Under the pieces are notes generated by a model. The model was given only the letters and a program-made list of their open reading frames with translations, had not been told where the DNA came from and did not search any database. From positions 87,360,001 to 87,424,000 of the forward strand of contig CM052816.1 in assembly GCA_028534125.1 (NCBI GenBank): a DNA stretch of 64,000 nt, given 5' to 3'. The position numbers and the translations under genes are program-made. The stretch is from Lama glama (taxonomy: Eukaryota). This document shows, piece after piece, positions 40,628-54,250 of the stretch; the stretch's first letter is position 1; every line of letters begins with the position of its first letter.

Positions 40628-41010
40628 TCAGTCAGCTTTTGTTATATTTTACTGTGCTAACAAGCAGTCCCAACATTTCAGTGGCTTATATTGAGGTTTT
40701 ACTGTAGCCTCTTTGTTGGTTATAACTCTGTTCCCTATCTACAAACCAGAAACTAGATTGAACAAACAGTCCCTGTATGAATCTTGCGGGGAGATGCGAT
40801 TCTCCCGAGGAGACGGGGAGATCAAGGGCAAAACATACGTTGGTCCTTAAAGCTCCAACTTGGATGCAGTACACATAATTTCGACTCATATTCCATTGGT
40901 CAAAAAGGGTCACGTGTCCAAGACTGGTATCAATGGTATGGCAAGACAGACTGCTCCCATAGGAAGCACTGTGTATCATAGTGGGCAGGGTTATATAATC
41001 ATCTAAGAAT
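40628..41010 (-). mobile_element. Old MLT1 (I/J/K-like) LTR remnant
   Basis: actgtgctaacaagcagtcccaacatttcagtggctta..catattccattggtcaaaaagggtcacgtgtccaag. Confidence 0.6.
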
Positions 41011-42664
41011 GATTTCAAACAACTTACTTACAAATAATTAAAAAGCAGACTTTCATGAATCTCCACAGAAGTCAAGTGAAAATGGCCTCACTGTAAGATG
41101 TAATTTATGGAATACTTTATTTTTGATGTTCTTCAAAATCAAAAGAAACTCTTCAAGGTAATTCGTATGAAACAAAGGCCTTACGATTGACTTCATGGGA
41201 AAGCTTATTTTGAAAGCCTCTAGGTTTCTTTTAGTTCTTGAGGTCAAAAATTGAATGACCTGAGAGATATAGATTCCTTGTAGGGCTCTGGAACACTTGC
41301 AATACGGATTTTATAAACATCGAAGATGTTAGAGAAGTTCATTTTTTCACTTTTCTATTAGATCAAAAACATAGAACTCTTATGATTTTTATTCCATCAA
41401 AATCCTACTGAAAAAAACATGTTTGATTTCTATGGCACCAAAAACTATCCTTTGGATTAGATAAGCAGAAAATCTGATCTATAAGAACTCAGACATCTCT
41501 ATAAAACTAATATCAAAGATAGTGACACTGGTTGCCATTTGGGAGAGAATCCTGAATATTAGGATTAAGAATTGGAAGAGAATGTCCTTTCCCTGCATAC
41601 AATTTTGTGCATTTTCAATAATGCACTATATACTTACATTAGCTGTTTAAAACACACAAGGAAACAAAAACAAATGAATACATGTGCTGAATTACACACT
41701 TCCAGAAACTTTCTTCTTCATACTCCCCATCTTTCTGCTCATTTTATCTGTATGGTTTGATAGCAGAAAATGGATGTTTAGTAAGCAGTTGCATTTCTTA
41801 TTAAAATGCTACCAAAATAAATGCATTTTTATTTTCAGTCTCTGTTCTTTTCCTGTTCTCTTTCTCTATGTCTCTTTTTCTATATTTCCCCAAAATTATT
41901 CTATTTCACAAGTATCTTCAGATAGCTAATAGCTGATTAGGACAATCTATCCTAAAATTCAAGAGATTGGAAATGATTTTCAAGGAGGTACTCCTGAGTG
42001 AATGTAAATACTGTGGGAAAATGAAAGTAAAAGGTACATTCTAAGAAGGTGATTTATTGCCAAAGTACAAATGTAAACTGAACGTGATCAGACTTGAGAA
42101 AAATACAGCTGCTATCTCATAATGCACAAAGAGATGATTTGTTTTGATGCCATTCTGCACCTCTAAAATAACTGGTGTACCAAATACATACTGTCATGCT
42201 TTACCGCTCCCTCTAACTTTGTAAATATACAGTTTTCCCACTCCATGTAATTCTACTAAGTGGCTGGGAGATTTATGTAATAATTTCCTCTTCCAATATG
42301 TGTATTAGTATATCATTAAAAAATGATAATGATGTATTTTCAGGATGAATATGATTAAATTGATAGTTGGAAAAAAAACAAAAACAAAAGGAACAATGTG
42401 GTATGTAGTTACCACCATTATTGCTTTTGATCGTGTATTTAAAGCCTGCCAATGGGAATTTTTCTTCAAGCTAACTTTGCTTATGCATGATAATCTTATG
42501 GTTGCTTGGTTATTATTATGAAATGATCATTGCTTCTTTGTATACAGGAGCTGAAAATGTTCCAAAATAAAAGTGCTATCTTTTGCTGTTAGCATATTGT
42601 CACTACACAGTCAATATTAAAATAACCAATCAAGTTATCAACCACATAGATAAGATTAAAAATG

Positions 42665-43000
42665 AGAATATCATTTATATGCAGAATCTAAAGAAAAGCC
42701 AAACAAACTTATTTACAAAACAGACTCACAGACATAGAAAACAAACTTCTGGTTACAGTGGGGGAAGTGGGTGGGAAAGGATAAATTGAGAGTTCCAGAT
42801 TTGCAGATACTAATATACATAAAAAAGATAAACAACAGGTTTCTACCATATAGCACAGGGAACTATATTCAATATCTTATAGTAACCTGTAGTGAAAAAA
42901 AATCTGAAAACTATATGTCTGTATATGTATGACTGAACTACTACATTATACACCAGAAGTTGACACAATATTGTAAACTGCTTATACTTCAATGAAAATG
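42665..43000 (+). mobile_element. LINE-1 3' end (cetartiodactyl type)
   Basis: aacttatttacaaaacagactcacagacatagaaaacaaactt..tatagcacagggaactatattcaatatctt..ttgtaaactgcttatacttcaat. Confidence 0.9.
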
Positions 43001-43084
43001 ATAATTTCTCAAAATAAAAGTTACTGAACATCTACTTTAATAATGCCTACAATATCCTATCATATTTATCACAAATTATAAGCT

Positions 43085-43600
43085 CATGTTAGCATTTGCT
43101 ACATAACAAATCTCTGTGGTTTAATTATTAAAGTGGCTTAAAGCAACAACTATTTATCTAGGTCATGATTCTGCTGGTAAAAACTTTGTTCTGGTGTAAG
43201 TTAAGGGTTCTTGGTTCTTCTAGCCTGGGCTGGACTCGGCTGATTGCGGTCAGGGTTGCTTGTAAGTCTGTGGTCTGCTGTGGATGGCTGGTCAAAGATG
43301 ACCTAGATGAGATGGCATGTGTCTTCCCCATGTGGTCTCTATTCACCAAAAATTATATATTTATATAATTTCACAATAAAGAATTGGCAGTGCCCCTCAC
43401 CCTCCAAGAGCAGCAGGTGGGCAAGCTCCAATGTTCAAAGTACTTTTTAAGCAATTACTTGTATCATATTTGCTACTGACCATTGGCCATACCTTGTCAC
43501 ATGTCCAAGGCAAGAATCAGAGTGGATGGAGACCACTGACCGAGTCACTACGGAAAGATGTGAACAATATGGAAGCCATGACTATGGCAATCTACCACAG
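43085..43600 (-). mobile_element. MLT1F-H-like LTR remnant
   Basis: ttgctacataacaaa..agtggcttaaagcaacaac..tgaccattggcca..gtcacatgtccaag..gcaatctaccaca. Confidence 0.7.
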
Positions 43601-43637
43601 GCTTAAAATTCATATCACTGCCAAATACTGTACATGT

Positions 43638-43671
<34 letters not shown>

Positions 43672-43690
43672 TCCTTCCTTCCTTTCTTCT
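43638..43690 (+). repeat. Compound (CTGC)n(CTTC)n microsatellite
   Basis: Direct reading. Confidence 0.92.
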
Positions 43691-44659
43691 TTCTGTAATT
43701 TCATTTTCTGGTTTCCATAGCTTTAACTTGGCTTCTTTACTGATTTAATCCTAGCATTCAATTTGCCATGTAAATTTTTATTTCCCTTGTGCTTAGAATA
43801 CTAAGATCTCAGCCATGAATCTTATTTTTTACCTTCTCCTTTAGTTGACTTTATGTATCACATTCAATTTACTTTCTGTATCAGTGAATGGCTTATTCTG
43901 AGTAAGTTCTTTATACATGACATGGATGTAAGCATGACTTTTCCAAAATCAGCATGTAAGAAATAAATCCTGTAACTATCTCCCACTGGGAACCATTAAG
44001 CTGCTGTAACAGTAGTTCAGAGTCAGCTTTCTTGCCTGTAATATTAAAGATCACCCTCCATTCCCTAAGGAATATCTTAAGTTGGGTACTATCTCTCACT
44101 TGGTAACCATAAGCAGCAGCTCTTAGCAAAAATATTTTACAAAGCACTCTCCAATAGACCCTGTCCTCTTATTACCATATGGACTACAGCTCTTACCACA
44201 CACTGGGTCAACACATAATTAACCTACTAAATGGCAAGTGCAGGGATGATACGTGGTGAGAACAGTCAGAACTCAGACATTTTAATAAAAGTATGCTGTA
44301 TTTCTGTAACACTGAAGTAGCAAAAGAAAATGAAACAGGAGAAACTTCGAAGTTTTTCACAAGAGACATTAAAAAATCAAGACTTGTTGAAAAATTCTTT
44401 TTCAAATAATTTTCTCTGTTCTCATCACCAAACAATATCAAGTAACTGAACACTAAATTTTGATTAGGCAGGCTTTTATATTAATCCTATGAAATTCTGC
44501 CATTAGAAGAACTGTGGATATGGGAGAGAAAATATTGCTGACTCATTCATTTTTTTTTCATTTGTTTCCCAAAACATATGGCTTATATGTAGGGGAAAAA
44601 ATGATTCTAAGATGTTTATAGTGCGTAGAATTTGTCATCTCCTTTAATTGATTTTCCAT

Positions 44660-46075
44660 GAAGGCAAAGTCAATTTAATGAGAAAAGGATAGCTTTTTTT
44701 CAACAAATGATACTAGGAAAATTTGATATGTTCATGCAAAACAGATGAATTTAGCAATTACCTCACATCATACAAATGTTTAAATTCAAAATGGATCATA
44801 TTTCAAAGTGTAATATCTAAAACAGTCAGATTTTTAGGTGAAGGGTATAGCTCAGTGGTACAGTGCGTGCTTAGCATTCATGTGGTACTGGGTTTAATCC
44901 CCAGTACCTCCATTAAAATGAATAAATAAATAACCTAGTTCCTCCCTCCCCCCAACAAAGCAATAAAACCTGTAGAAGAATATATGGTAGAAAATCTTTG
45001 TGACTTCAGCAAGAAGTTCTGAGATACAGTACCAAAAACACAACCATACTTCAAATAATAACATCTTGGAATTCTTCAAAATTAAAAAAGCAACACATCT
45101 TTTGCACTTCAAAAGAGACAAGAAAATTAAAATTTGAGAGAAAATATTTGCAAACCATATTTTACTTAATTTTAAGAATATGTAGAAAAATTTTAGAATG
45201 ATCAGAAGACAAATCTCAATTAAAAATGTAAAAAACTTTGAATACATTTCACCAAAGAAGATCTGTGAATGGTTAACAGTCACAGGAAAAGATGACAATG
45301 CTCAAAATTATTATCCACTAGAGAAATCATAATTTAAACACAGTAAGATACCACTTCTCTACACTAGTATTGCTATAATGAAAAAAGAATATATATCTGT
45401 GTGTGTGTATGTGTGTGTATAACCAAATCACTCTGCTGTACACCAGCTAGATAGATAATTCAAACAGTTGACAAGTATATGGGAAATTGGAACCCTCTTA
45501 CATTACTGGTGGGAATGTAACCTGGCACAGTCACTTTGAAAAACAGTATGGCAGTTTATTTTTTTTAATTTATAATAAGTGTAACATCTGAAAAAATGAT
45601 TCCATTCTTAGGAATGTTTTCAAAAGAAGATTCGTCCACACAAAGACTTGTACTTAACTCAGCAGCATTATTTGTAACAGCAGAAAGTGGAAAATACCCA
45701 AATGTTTATCAACTGGTAAATGGACAAACAGAATATACTATATAGAAACAATGAAATATTATTTGGCAATAAAAATAAAATGAACTGCCAATGCTACAAT
45801 ATGGATGAGACTTAAGAATATTATGCTAATTTAAAGATCCCCCAAACAAAAGACCATACATTGTATGACTCAGTTCTACAAAGACAGATGAGTGGTTGCT
45901 TGGGGTTGGGCTAAGACTGAGGGTTGACTGACTCCAAATTGGCACCAGGCATCGTAATGGGTGATTAGAATATTTTTAAATTGGGCTTGGTGATGGTTGC
46001 ACAACTGTATACATTTATTACAGCTCATTGAATTGTATGGATTTTATGGTCCATAAGTTATAATTCAATAAAGGT
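44660..46075 (+). mobile_element. Old LINE-1 (L1MB/L1MC-like) ORF2 end plus 3' UTR, interrupted by a SINE
   Basis: aaaggatagcttttttcaacaaatg..aaattggaaccctcttacattactggtgggaatgtaa..ggtgatggttgcacaactg..tcaataaag. Confidence 0.88.
44837..44960 (+). mobile_element. tRNA-Ala(AGC)-derived camelid SINE
   Basis: gggtatagctcagtggtacagtgcgtgcttagcattcatgtggtactgggtttaatccccagtacctcca (A box, AGC anticodon loop, degraded B box), then an aataaataa tail and cctccctccccc. Confidence 0.9.
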
Positions 46076-47310
46076 GCTAAAAGTAAAGGATATTAGGAAT
46101 TGCATTTTTTTCAAAATGGAGCTGTCAAGGAAATGAGAACTGGCATTGGCATATAGGTTACTGAACCATGGGTTATACCACATATAACAGCAATAGAAGA
46201 GAATAAAATCATTATTTTTCTTTCATAATGTCAATTCTAACCTTCCCTGTCATTCTACCATACTGCAAATATGAAATTGTTCAGCTTCATCTATCCATCG
46301 ATTGATCAATAGATACAAATAGGTTGGGCCTTTCTAGCTAGGATCAGAGAATTTTTTGTATTTTCACACAGATGACTTTATCTTTCCACTATTCCAGATG
46401 TTGGAAGATAGATTTTAAGCTATAACTCTGCCACTGAGTATCATTTTGCCCTTTGAAACCAAGTAGACCAAGTTAGATGCTTATTCCACATGAAAACAGG
46501 TAAATTAACAGTGCTTACTGTCTCAGTTGAGTTTTCTCCAAGTTCTCCATTATAGTCCTGGAACTTGCTAAACAAGTATTATTTCTTTTTGCTTGGACTA
46601 TATTTCTAGTCATGCCACTCAAGATTGCCTTTGCTTTTTTGGCAGTCATATATTACTTTAATCATATAGAGCTTATATGAAATAAAATTCTTGTTTATCT
46701 TCATTCATGATGCTATTTAGACAGGTGTTTATCATCCAGCACTTGTAGATTTGAGTTAAACAATAGTAAAGAATTTTGGCATCCTAAAATCTGTCATTTT
46801 GTAATGTAATAATTTCCAGTATCCCTTAAAAGATTCCTCTAATCATCTTTTTATTGCAAATGGAATAAAATTTGCGGGGCCATTTATCAGAAACCATGCC
46901 TCTCCTTGGGTGCCCTTGATAAATATGCTGACTCTGAGTGGGCTATATATCACGTAAAGCCCCCAGGACAACTCAAAAGGAGAGCAAGTCTCTGTATCGC
47001 CTCGTTCAACTAAAAAGCCGGTATGTCCACTCTAGGACTGACTCAAATGATGGTACAACAGATGCCTTTGTATTGTGCTGATTTATTTTTATGTCTTCAT
47101 TTTGTTGTTTTACGATGAAGCACACAACCAACTCTCCCTACCTCAAAATTTTATTATTTTCAAAAGTAGTTTGGGGACTTTGGTTTAGCCCTCCTGTGTC
47201 AATGCTGAGTGGAAAGTTTTACTAAAAAAAGGAAATAACCTTTCCTTGCCCACTGCCTTCATAATCTTGCGGGGTTTTTTGTTTGTTTTCTTGTTGTTGT
47301 CTTAAATCTC

Positions 47311-47830
47311 AGGGCCGGCGCGAAACGGCGCGGCTGCGTGGGGGCGTCCACAGCGGCGACGGCCGATGGGAGATGCGGCCAGCCTGCTCGCCACCCCTTA
47401 ATGTTCTGTTTGATTTATGACTTGAACCGTATCCAAGATTAGCTGTGTTGGGTCACAGCCGTGGGAGTTTCCTGGGTGACATCTGAAACCAGCCCCGCGC
47501 GCGGAAGGCGGGGGGAGACCAGAGAGGCGCAGCTCCCCGGAACCCGCAGGCGGCGGGCGGCAGGTCTCCCCGCCAGCCCCCGGAACCCTGGAGGGCTATA
47601 TAGACGCCGTGCCTGGGCTGAGTCACCACCCCTGTCCAGATGGTGTCATCTCCACGTCGCTTTCGCAAGGCTGCGTCCTTGGCGCTGCTCCCGCCGTGGG
47701 AAAGCGGGCAGGATTCGCCCCCCTGGATGAAGGAGGAGGCGAGGAGCCTCGCGCTGCGGAATCCAGCCGGAGGGTCAACCAGAGGTCACATCCTCGTGGT
47801 GGCCTCCTCCGACCGCGGTTTGTGGGCTTC
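47311..47830. promoter_or_regulatory. CpG-rich island, putative promoter
   Basis: Abrupt GC/CpG-dense segment in AT-rich DNA; E2F word GGCGCGAAA 47317-47325, GC boxes, TATATAG 47597-47603, AP-1 TGAGTCA 47619-47625. Confidence 0.8.
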
Positions 47831-49719
47831 TTTAGACTGGAGCCATTTTAAAACTGTTGAATTCTATCATTCAGAGTCAGTCTGAGTTGCAGGAATAAAA
47901 AAGGGGTATGCCTGGCCAAAGACCAAACTGATGCAAGTTTCTCAGTGTGTGTGTATATGACCTCGTACACCAATGGTTAAGAAGATAAATCTGTGGGTAA
48001 GCGATGGTTTTGGAAATACCACAACCTTTTCTTTTCTTTTCTTTTTTCTTTTTTTCCCTCTGACCTATATACAGTTACGTAAAAACAAAGGTTCCCCCTT
48101 TCTGATTGTCTATTTTAGTGGCAGACATTTGACTATAAAACTTAACATTCATTACAAGGGCTAAAATACATTATTTTTATTTAGATATCTTCTTACAGAG
48201 GGTAATAATAAAAACAAATAGTAATATTACCAACCCAATTAAAAATACAGGGACTATGAAAATACATACAGAAAAGAGATTAAAACTGTTAAAATGGAAA
48301 ACAGGATATTGATATAAAATACAATGTTGGTGTTTCCTATTCATATCTCCAGTTTTGAGTATTTATACTTCTAGAGGATATGACATCAAAGATACATAAT
48401 AAAAACTACTAATCAGGCAATAAGTAGATTTTGTTTTAAAATTAATATAATATCTACAAGGAAACTTTTATTCTCAAGCTAAACAGTTGTACAGAACCAC
48501 AGACGTATTTACTCAATGAAACTTTAGTGCTATATACTTTTTATAGAAAAAAAGTATAAAGTATACTTGAATTTAAAAATATCATTTCCTACATCAAATG
48601 TTTATATAAGATTTGGTTACAAAGTTTAAATCTTTTAAATTTAGGATAGATGTAACTTACAGGTAAGCAAATATAAAGTTGTAAGATAGAAAAAAAAATA
48701 AGATTTTTGGATTTATGATGTACTCCTAAGCTGTTAACATATGCTTGAATTTCTAGAGTGCATATTCTCTGACAGCAGTGAAATTTAATTTATTTCATGT
48801 ACCTATTTTATAATTATTTTACACCATTCATGTGTTGTTGTTGTTAATGTTATTCTTACCATGGAGTTGACACTTAGGTATGTAATTTCATCATGGATTG
48901 CCAAACTATTTTCTCATTTAAATTTTCTTTGTAAAAATGAATGTTGGATTAGATCCATGTTCTCCTCACAAATAACGCTAACTCCAGACTTCCCAGCATC
49001 AGTTAATAGGAGCAGTATTCCTTGAGTTATTTAAACTTGAAAATTCTGATTAACATCTAATATCATCCTGTGCATTATGACCTCTATCCAGAAACTCGTG
49101 ATGTCTTATCATTTCTTATTTCAAAATTACTTCAAAATTACATTGTTATTTGTTCCTCATTTATCTTAACTTATGCCCTAGCCATCCCAGAATAATGATA
49201 CTTGCTTCATACTGGTGTTCCTTCCTTGATTCCCAGTAGATTAAAAAATAAACAACTCAGTTTTATAGTTGATATAATGTATGTTGACTTAGTATATTTA
49301 TCAGTTTGCCACAACACAAGTCCTAGGTCCCAACTGGGCTAGTTTACATAAGCTTCAACCTGAATATATGAATTTTTCTACCTATTCAAACTGTAATCTT
49401 CTTTTAGCTCCCGGTTTAAACCCAGCTGTATTTTGTGGTCTTCTCAGAGAACCCCAGTACTTCTCAGTATTGCTCATATTTCTTGCATTCCTCATTTTCA
49501 TATATTCAGCATTCCCCAGGGCTATCCCCAAAATATACCTAACCAGAGTTTTTCCTTTTGTGGGGAGTAGCAGGTGGTTAGGAAGGTGAGAGCTGGGATT
49601 CCAATGATTGACGGCAGCACACAGGCTCAAGATAAAGTGTTATTATCAGGTGGCGCTAAGTCACATAACTCAGTTTTGGGGCAGGTACGATTTTGTGAAA
49701 ATAGAAAAAGACATTAGAA

Positions 49720-49870
49720 TGAGATCCACTGTGTATGAACCATGATCCTGATCCTGACACTGTTAGTGTGACCTTGAACAAAGGACACTTCTTATCTGAA
49801 ACTTAGTTATATCATCTATAAAATGACAATAAAAATATCTTCTTACCTTACTGTAACATTTACATGAGTT
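49720..49870 (+). mobile_element. MIR SINE remnant
   Basis: gtgtgaccttgaacaa..cttatctgaaacttagtt..tcatctataaaatg. Confidence 0.75.
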
Positions 49871-50459
49871 AATATTTATATCAACACACACATAGTCTTT
49901 AAAAATCAGTTACTTCCATATAAGACTGAGTCTCATGTACATTTCTAATCAAGACAGTGAGAAAATTATTGAAGTAGGTCTGATCTCTACCTGTTTGCAA
50001 CTCAGCTGAGTCTGAAGTTCACTGTTTTGTGACAAAGACTTTTGCTAATTCCACCTTTTTCTTTATAAATATTGCATTTACTTTTGTTCCAAATGGAGAT
50101 GCATATATAATCTTGGGGCAAAATGGCATTTTAAGAATACTTAGTTTGTATATAGTTGTTGTTGGTATATATAGTTGCTGTAAATTTTTGAGGGCCAAAA
50201 ACTTTTTCAATGATCTCCAGATGTCATAGTGTTTACTATTTTGCTTTCAGCATTCACCCTTGACCCAAAGCAATATTCACGGTAGAATTCAACAATTATT
50301 TGTTTGACGGATCATGAAAATATTAGTCAATTCATAAGGGAAAAAATGCTGTTTCTTAATAATCAAGATTTGTTCCACCATTGAAATAAAATCTGCAAAG
50401 CTGCTATATTCAGATTTTGTATTCATAGGGCAATAAAGCAATATTAGAAAGGCAAGCAT

Positions 50460-50700
50460 TAGAGTTTAGTGATTATGAAAATCACTCTGAGCTCTGGAGT
50501 TCAGCTGTCATGATTCAAATTGTGACTCCACTGATTACTACATTTATGACCATTATATGTTATTTAACTTCTCTATGACTTTGTTTTCTCATTTGTAAAC
50601 TGGAGAAAATAATATTACCACCTGTGATGAAAAATATAAGTGAATATTTATCCCTACACCAGACATCTAGTAAGTGCTCAGTGAACATTAACCCATTTAT
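50460..50700 (+). mobile_element. MIR SINE remnant
   Basis: gctctggagttcag..ttcaaat..ttatttaacttctctatgact..ttttctcatttgtaaa..tagtaagtgctcagt. Confidence 0.8.
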
Positions 50701-50849
50701 TATTAGCGATATTTGTTGTAGTGTTTTATTGTTTCTGGATGACTAGCCAAATTTCTTATTTCCTGCTATGCTCTTTGGCAGTTATTTTGAATAGTCAGTT
50801 CACCCAAGAGAATCCGGCTATCCTGCCTTCATATGATTCCCCAAACCTT

Positions 50850-51350
50850 TGACATCACAGTTCTGCAGATTTACCTTCTCCTTCCACCCCTTGTTACCCA
50901 TATAACTGTTATCCTAGGATAGCATAGGACCCTCTGATTTCATGTGCACCTGAAAGGGACAGATGCACGTATGTGGTTGTGACTCATTTTTCTTGTTCAC
51001 GGTGAATCCCTCAAGTCAGAGAATGCTTAGTCTTTGCTTACTGCCCTCGGGTTCCTTTTAACACTGAAAAAAAAAAAAAGAATGGAAGTCACCATGCCTA
51101 CATGTGTGTAGATCTCAAAAGAGGGGCAGTGTAGATCAATTGGATAAGAGAGATTCTAGCCTTCTGACTGGCAATTCTTGGAGGTATTCTGTATACTAGT
51201 CCAAAATCCTAGTGGAATCAAGCCATGTTACAGTGGCCACTTCAGATTGGGCCCCTTTATACTGATTCTGGAGATCACCTGCTGAATAAACGATGTGCAT
51301 ATGGGTCTTGGATTCATCCTCTGTTTTAAGCAGAACCCAAGCAAAGACGC
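50850..51350 (+). mobile_element. LTR16-family-like ERVL LTR remnant
   Basis: 3' end gagatcacctgctgaataaac..tcctctgttttaagcagaacccaagcaaagac. Confidence 0.55.
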
Positions 51351-52900
51351 ATAATCTCCAAGATGTAAAACACTGAACTCTCCAACCTTTTTTTCTTTTC
51401 TTTACTGTCTACATCCGAAGTTTAATAAAAACCTCTCAATTATTCTTATTCAATTCCTTATATTCTTTTTCTGTTTAAAATTTTTATTTGACCATAAGTA
51501 CTACATATGAAATGGCAAAGCAAAGATAAAGGAAATATGATCTTCACTCTAGAGAGGCAAACCACCTGGTAGGCAGCCTCAGCTTTTTGTTGTTTGGGGA
51601 TCAAAGAGAGAATGTGGCAGACTGCATTGCTCTTCAGAATGATCGCTGGCCCTTCCCATGCTTCTCTTCCTCGAGGAAGGTGATGCATGTCTGTCATATT
51701 GACATCATGGCACCTTGACACCACCCTTGGCAATGTGTCTGCGACTTTCTTCGGCCAAGGAAATATAAACAGAAGTGATGTTTGTCACTTCTGAGCAAAA
51801 GTTATGGTTGCCTTTGTTGTTTGAATGACAATCCCCTGGTTTCTATGTCTCCTTTCCTTTTCTGTGATATTGGAATTCTGTCATTAGCCTGCATGGTCCT
51901 GGCTTAAAGAAGTGGTGAAACAAAGCTGTAGTTGACCAGCAATAGACATGTCAAAGAGACAGAGATGCTGATTAAGAGATGGCCGCCAACATCCAGGGAG
52001 GAACTCCAAAGTCTGAATCAAAACAATGACAATTGTGGATAAAATGATAAAATGATGCTTTTAGTGGTATTTAGGAAGTCTAGTTGATGGAACTCATTGA
52101 TGCATTGAGTGCAAGTCTAAGGGTGACAGTGCTTGAGTTTTGGCCCATATTACATCATGTTTTAATTTTTCACAGCCTTGTGATTAATTTTCCTTTGTTA
52201 CTGACTTTCTATCTCTCCTTTGCCAACAGAGTAATCTTATAACATAATTTTGATGATATCATTCCTTTTCTAAATGGCCTTCCATGGCTCCCTATTGCTA
52301 AAGAATTAAGTTCTATCTCCCTAGCCTTAATTATCTGTCACAATTTTTTAATATTTATTTTCTACTTTTCAGAGCATTTCTTCCTTAAAGAAACTCTACT
52401 CATATTATTGTTCCATGCCCAAAATAAGTTTTGAGTTTCGAGTTAAATGCCTTGTCCCAGTCATCATTTGCTTTTGCACTTGTTTTCTTACCTCTAATTA
52501 CCTTAATCCTACTTATTTGTTTTAGTCAAGTTATATTAGGTTCGTGTTTCTCAGCATACCACCCCAAATCTCACTGGCTTACAAGTAAAATCTTTATTAC
52601 TCTCTCAAGTCATGTGCTCATCTTGGGACAGTTAGGACCCCAATGTTCTTTTCATTCAACAATCCAGCCTGGTAGAAAACCTTTCTATGAAGTGGGACAA
52701 ACTTATGTTTGTTCTTCAGTGTGCTGCTGAGAAGCAGTAATGTTCTCTATCAGTCATGTTTCAAAGCAAGTCATTTTTAATCTTTTCCAAATCCCATTGA
52801 TTTCATTAATCTGATCTTGTCCAACCCATACTCAAATGTTACTTCTTTCTCAGTTCTTACCATCCATACTAATTATATAGCGTATCTTGTGATGCCCTAG

Positions 52901-53106
52901 CAAGGGCCAGCAGATTTTTTTTTTAAGGGATAGATAGTAAACCTTTTAGATTTCAAATCACAGATCACTGTGGCAACTACTTAACTCTGCCATTGTGGTG
53001 AAAAAGCAGTTATAGGAAATATGGAAATAATGGGTGTGGCTGTGCTCCAATCAAATTTTATTTTCCAAAGTAAGTGCTGGTCTTCTGCAGAAGTTTGCAG
53101 GACTCT
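52901..53106. mobile_element. MER58-like hAT MITE
   Basis: aagggatagatagtaaa..gcaactacttaactctgccattgtgg..atgggtgtggctgtgctccaat. Confidence 0.85.
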
Positions 53107-53114
53107 TTCTCAGA

Positions 53115-53304
53115 CTGGTGATTCTCAAACTTGAGAGTGCATTGGAAACATCTGAAGGGACATTAAAACATAGATTTATGGATACTACTTTTAGGGTTTC
53201 TGACTGGATAGGAATGGGGAAGTCCTTGAGAATTTGCCTTTCCAAATAAGTTCCCAGTTGATGCCTTTGCTGCTGGCCTGGGGACCACACAGTGAAAACA
53301 TCTG
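53115..53304. mobile_element. MER5A-like hAT MITE
   Basis: gtgattctcaaacttgagagtgcatt..gagaatttgcctttc..aagttcccagttgatg..tgctgctggcctggggaccacac. Confidence 0.87.
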
Positions 53305-54004
53305 ATCAGCAGAACAAGGCTGTATTCAGTGATTTGCTATTTGTCATCAGCAAATGAATTTAAATAAATGAATGAAATTTTATTATAAAATTCAGAAATA
53401 AGCAATGTTTATGATTTTCATTCATTAGCATATTCCTTTCTTCACAAAAGCCAGTGACTACACTTAGCCAGAGAATGTCCTGAGTACATTTTTATTGGCT
53501 ACATGAGTGAGTTACAATAAAGTTAGCATTCGCCTTTTTATAGTGACACAGCATACAATGCTGTAGATATTAGACTTCTCCATGCCTCCTTCACATGATG
53601 GACAGGTAACAAAATTGTTTTGTTTGTAAAGTCTCCCTGAGCTATTTCACCTTGTCATGACACACAGAGCTTGGCTACACCAAATACATCAACCCATTTG
53701 TATTACTTCAGTGGAACAAGAAGAGTTCAGAAAGACACATTAATTGTATTCTTATTCAACAGTGACATTGAAAAGACATTCTTATTGGAGCGGTTGTTTT
53801 AGCTACCAGTCCTGTTTGTATTTATACATATTTTTAAAACTCCATAGACATTCTATCCTCTTGAGATGTGGCATACTTAGATTAAAACACTGCTGCATTC
53901 TTAATATGTAAAATGATAATATGACTTAGATTCTCAGAAAATGATTCCCCATAAACTTGTTTAAACATATTTCTCTTCAGTAGTTAGCACTTCAGTAGTG
54001 ACAT

Positions 54005-54250
54005 TGTTGGAAAAGGTCATCAAAAGGACGTGACTGCGGGTCGACACACAGGGTCGACACACAAGCCAGTCATTTCTTGTCTTTCAGCCTCCTGAGACAA
54101 GCCCCATGCGTAAGTTTCCTTGTTATTAAAACTGGCACCTACCAATGTGGAGTGCCCGGGCCTCTGTCTTCAGTCTCTCCTTGCCCTCTATGTCCACGGG
54201 CCTGGTTTTGAATTTCACCCCTGGGGAATTCCCAAGGTTGTGAACCAACC
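54005..54250 (+). mobile_element. Short (probably internally deleted) ERVL-type solo LTR
   Basis: Starts tgttgg, ends tgtgaaccaacc; candidate 5-bp TSD gacat/gaaat; 3' half homologous to 60210-60360. Confidence 0.7.

Noticed and set aside
44843..44912. tRNA-Ala gene
   Set aside because: Degraded stems and B box, SINE-type tail, inserted within an L1.
47453..47885. Overlapping Arg/Gly/Pro-rich ORFs in the CpG island
   Set aside because: Stop-codon scarcity in GC-rich DNA opens several frames at once; no recognisable domain.
49643..49657. Second CTCF-like word TTATCAGGTGGCGCT
   Set aside because: Only the 3' half matches; the CCAC/CCAG half is missing.
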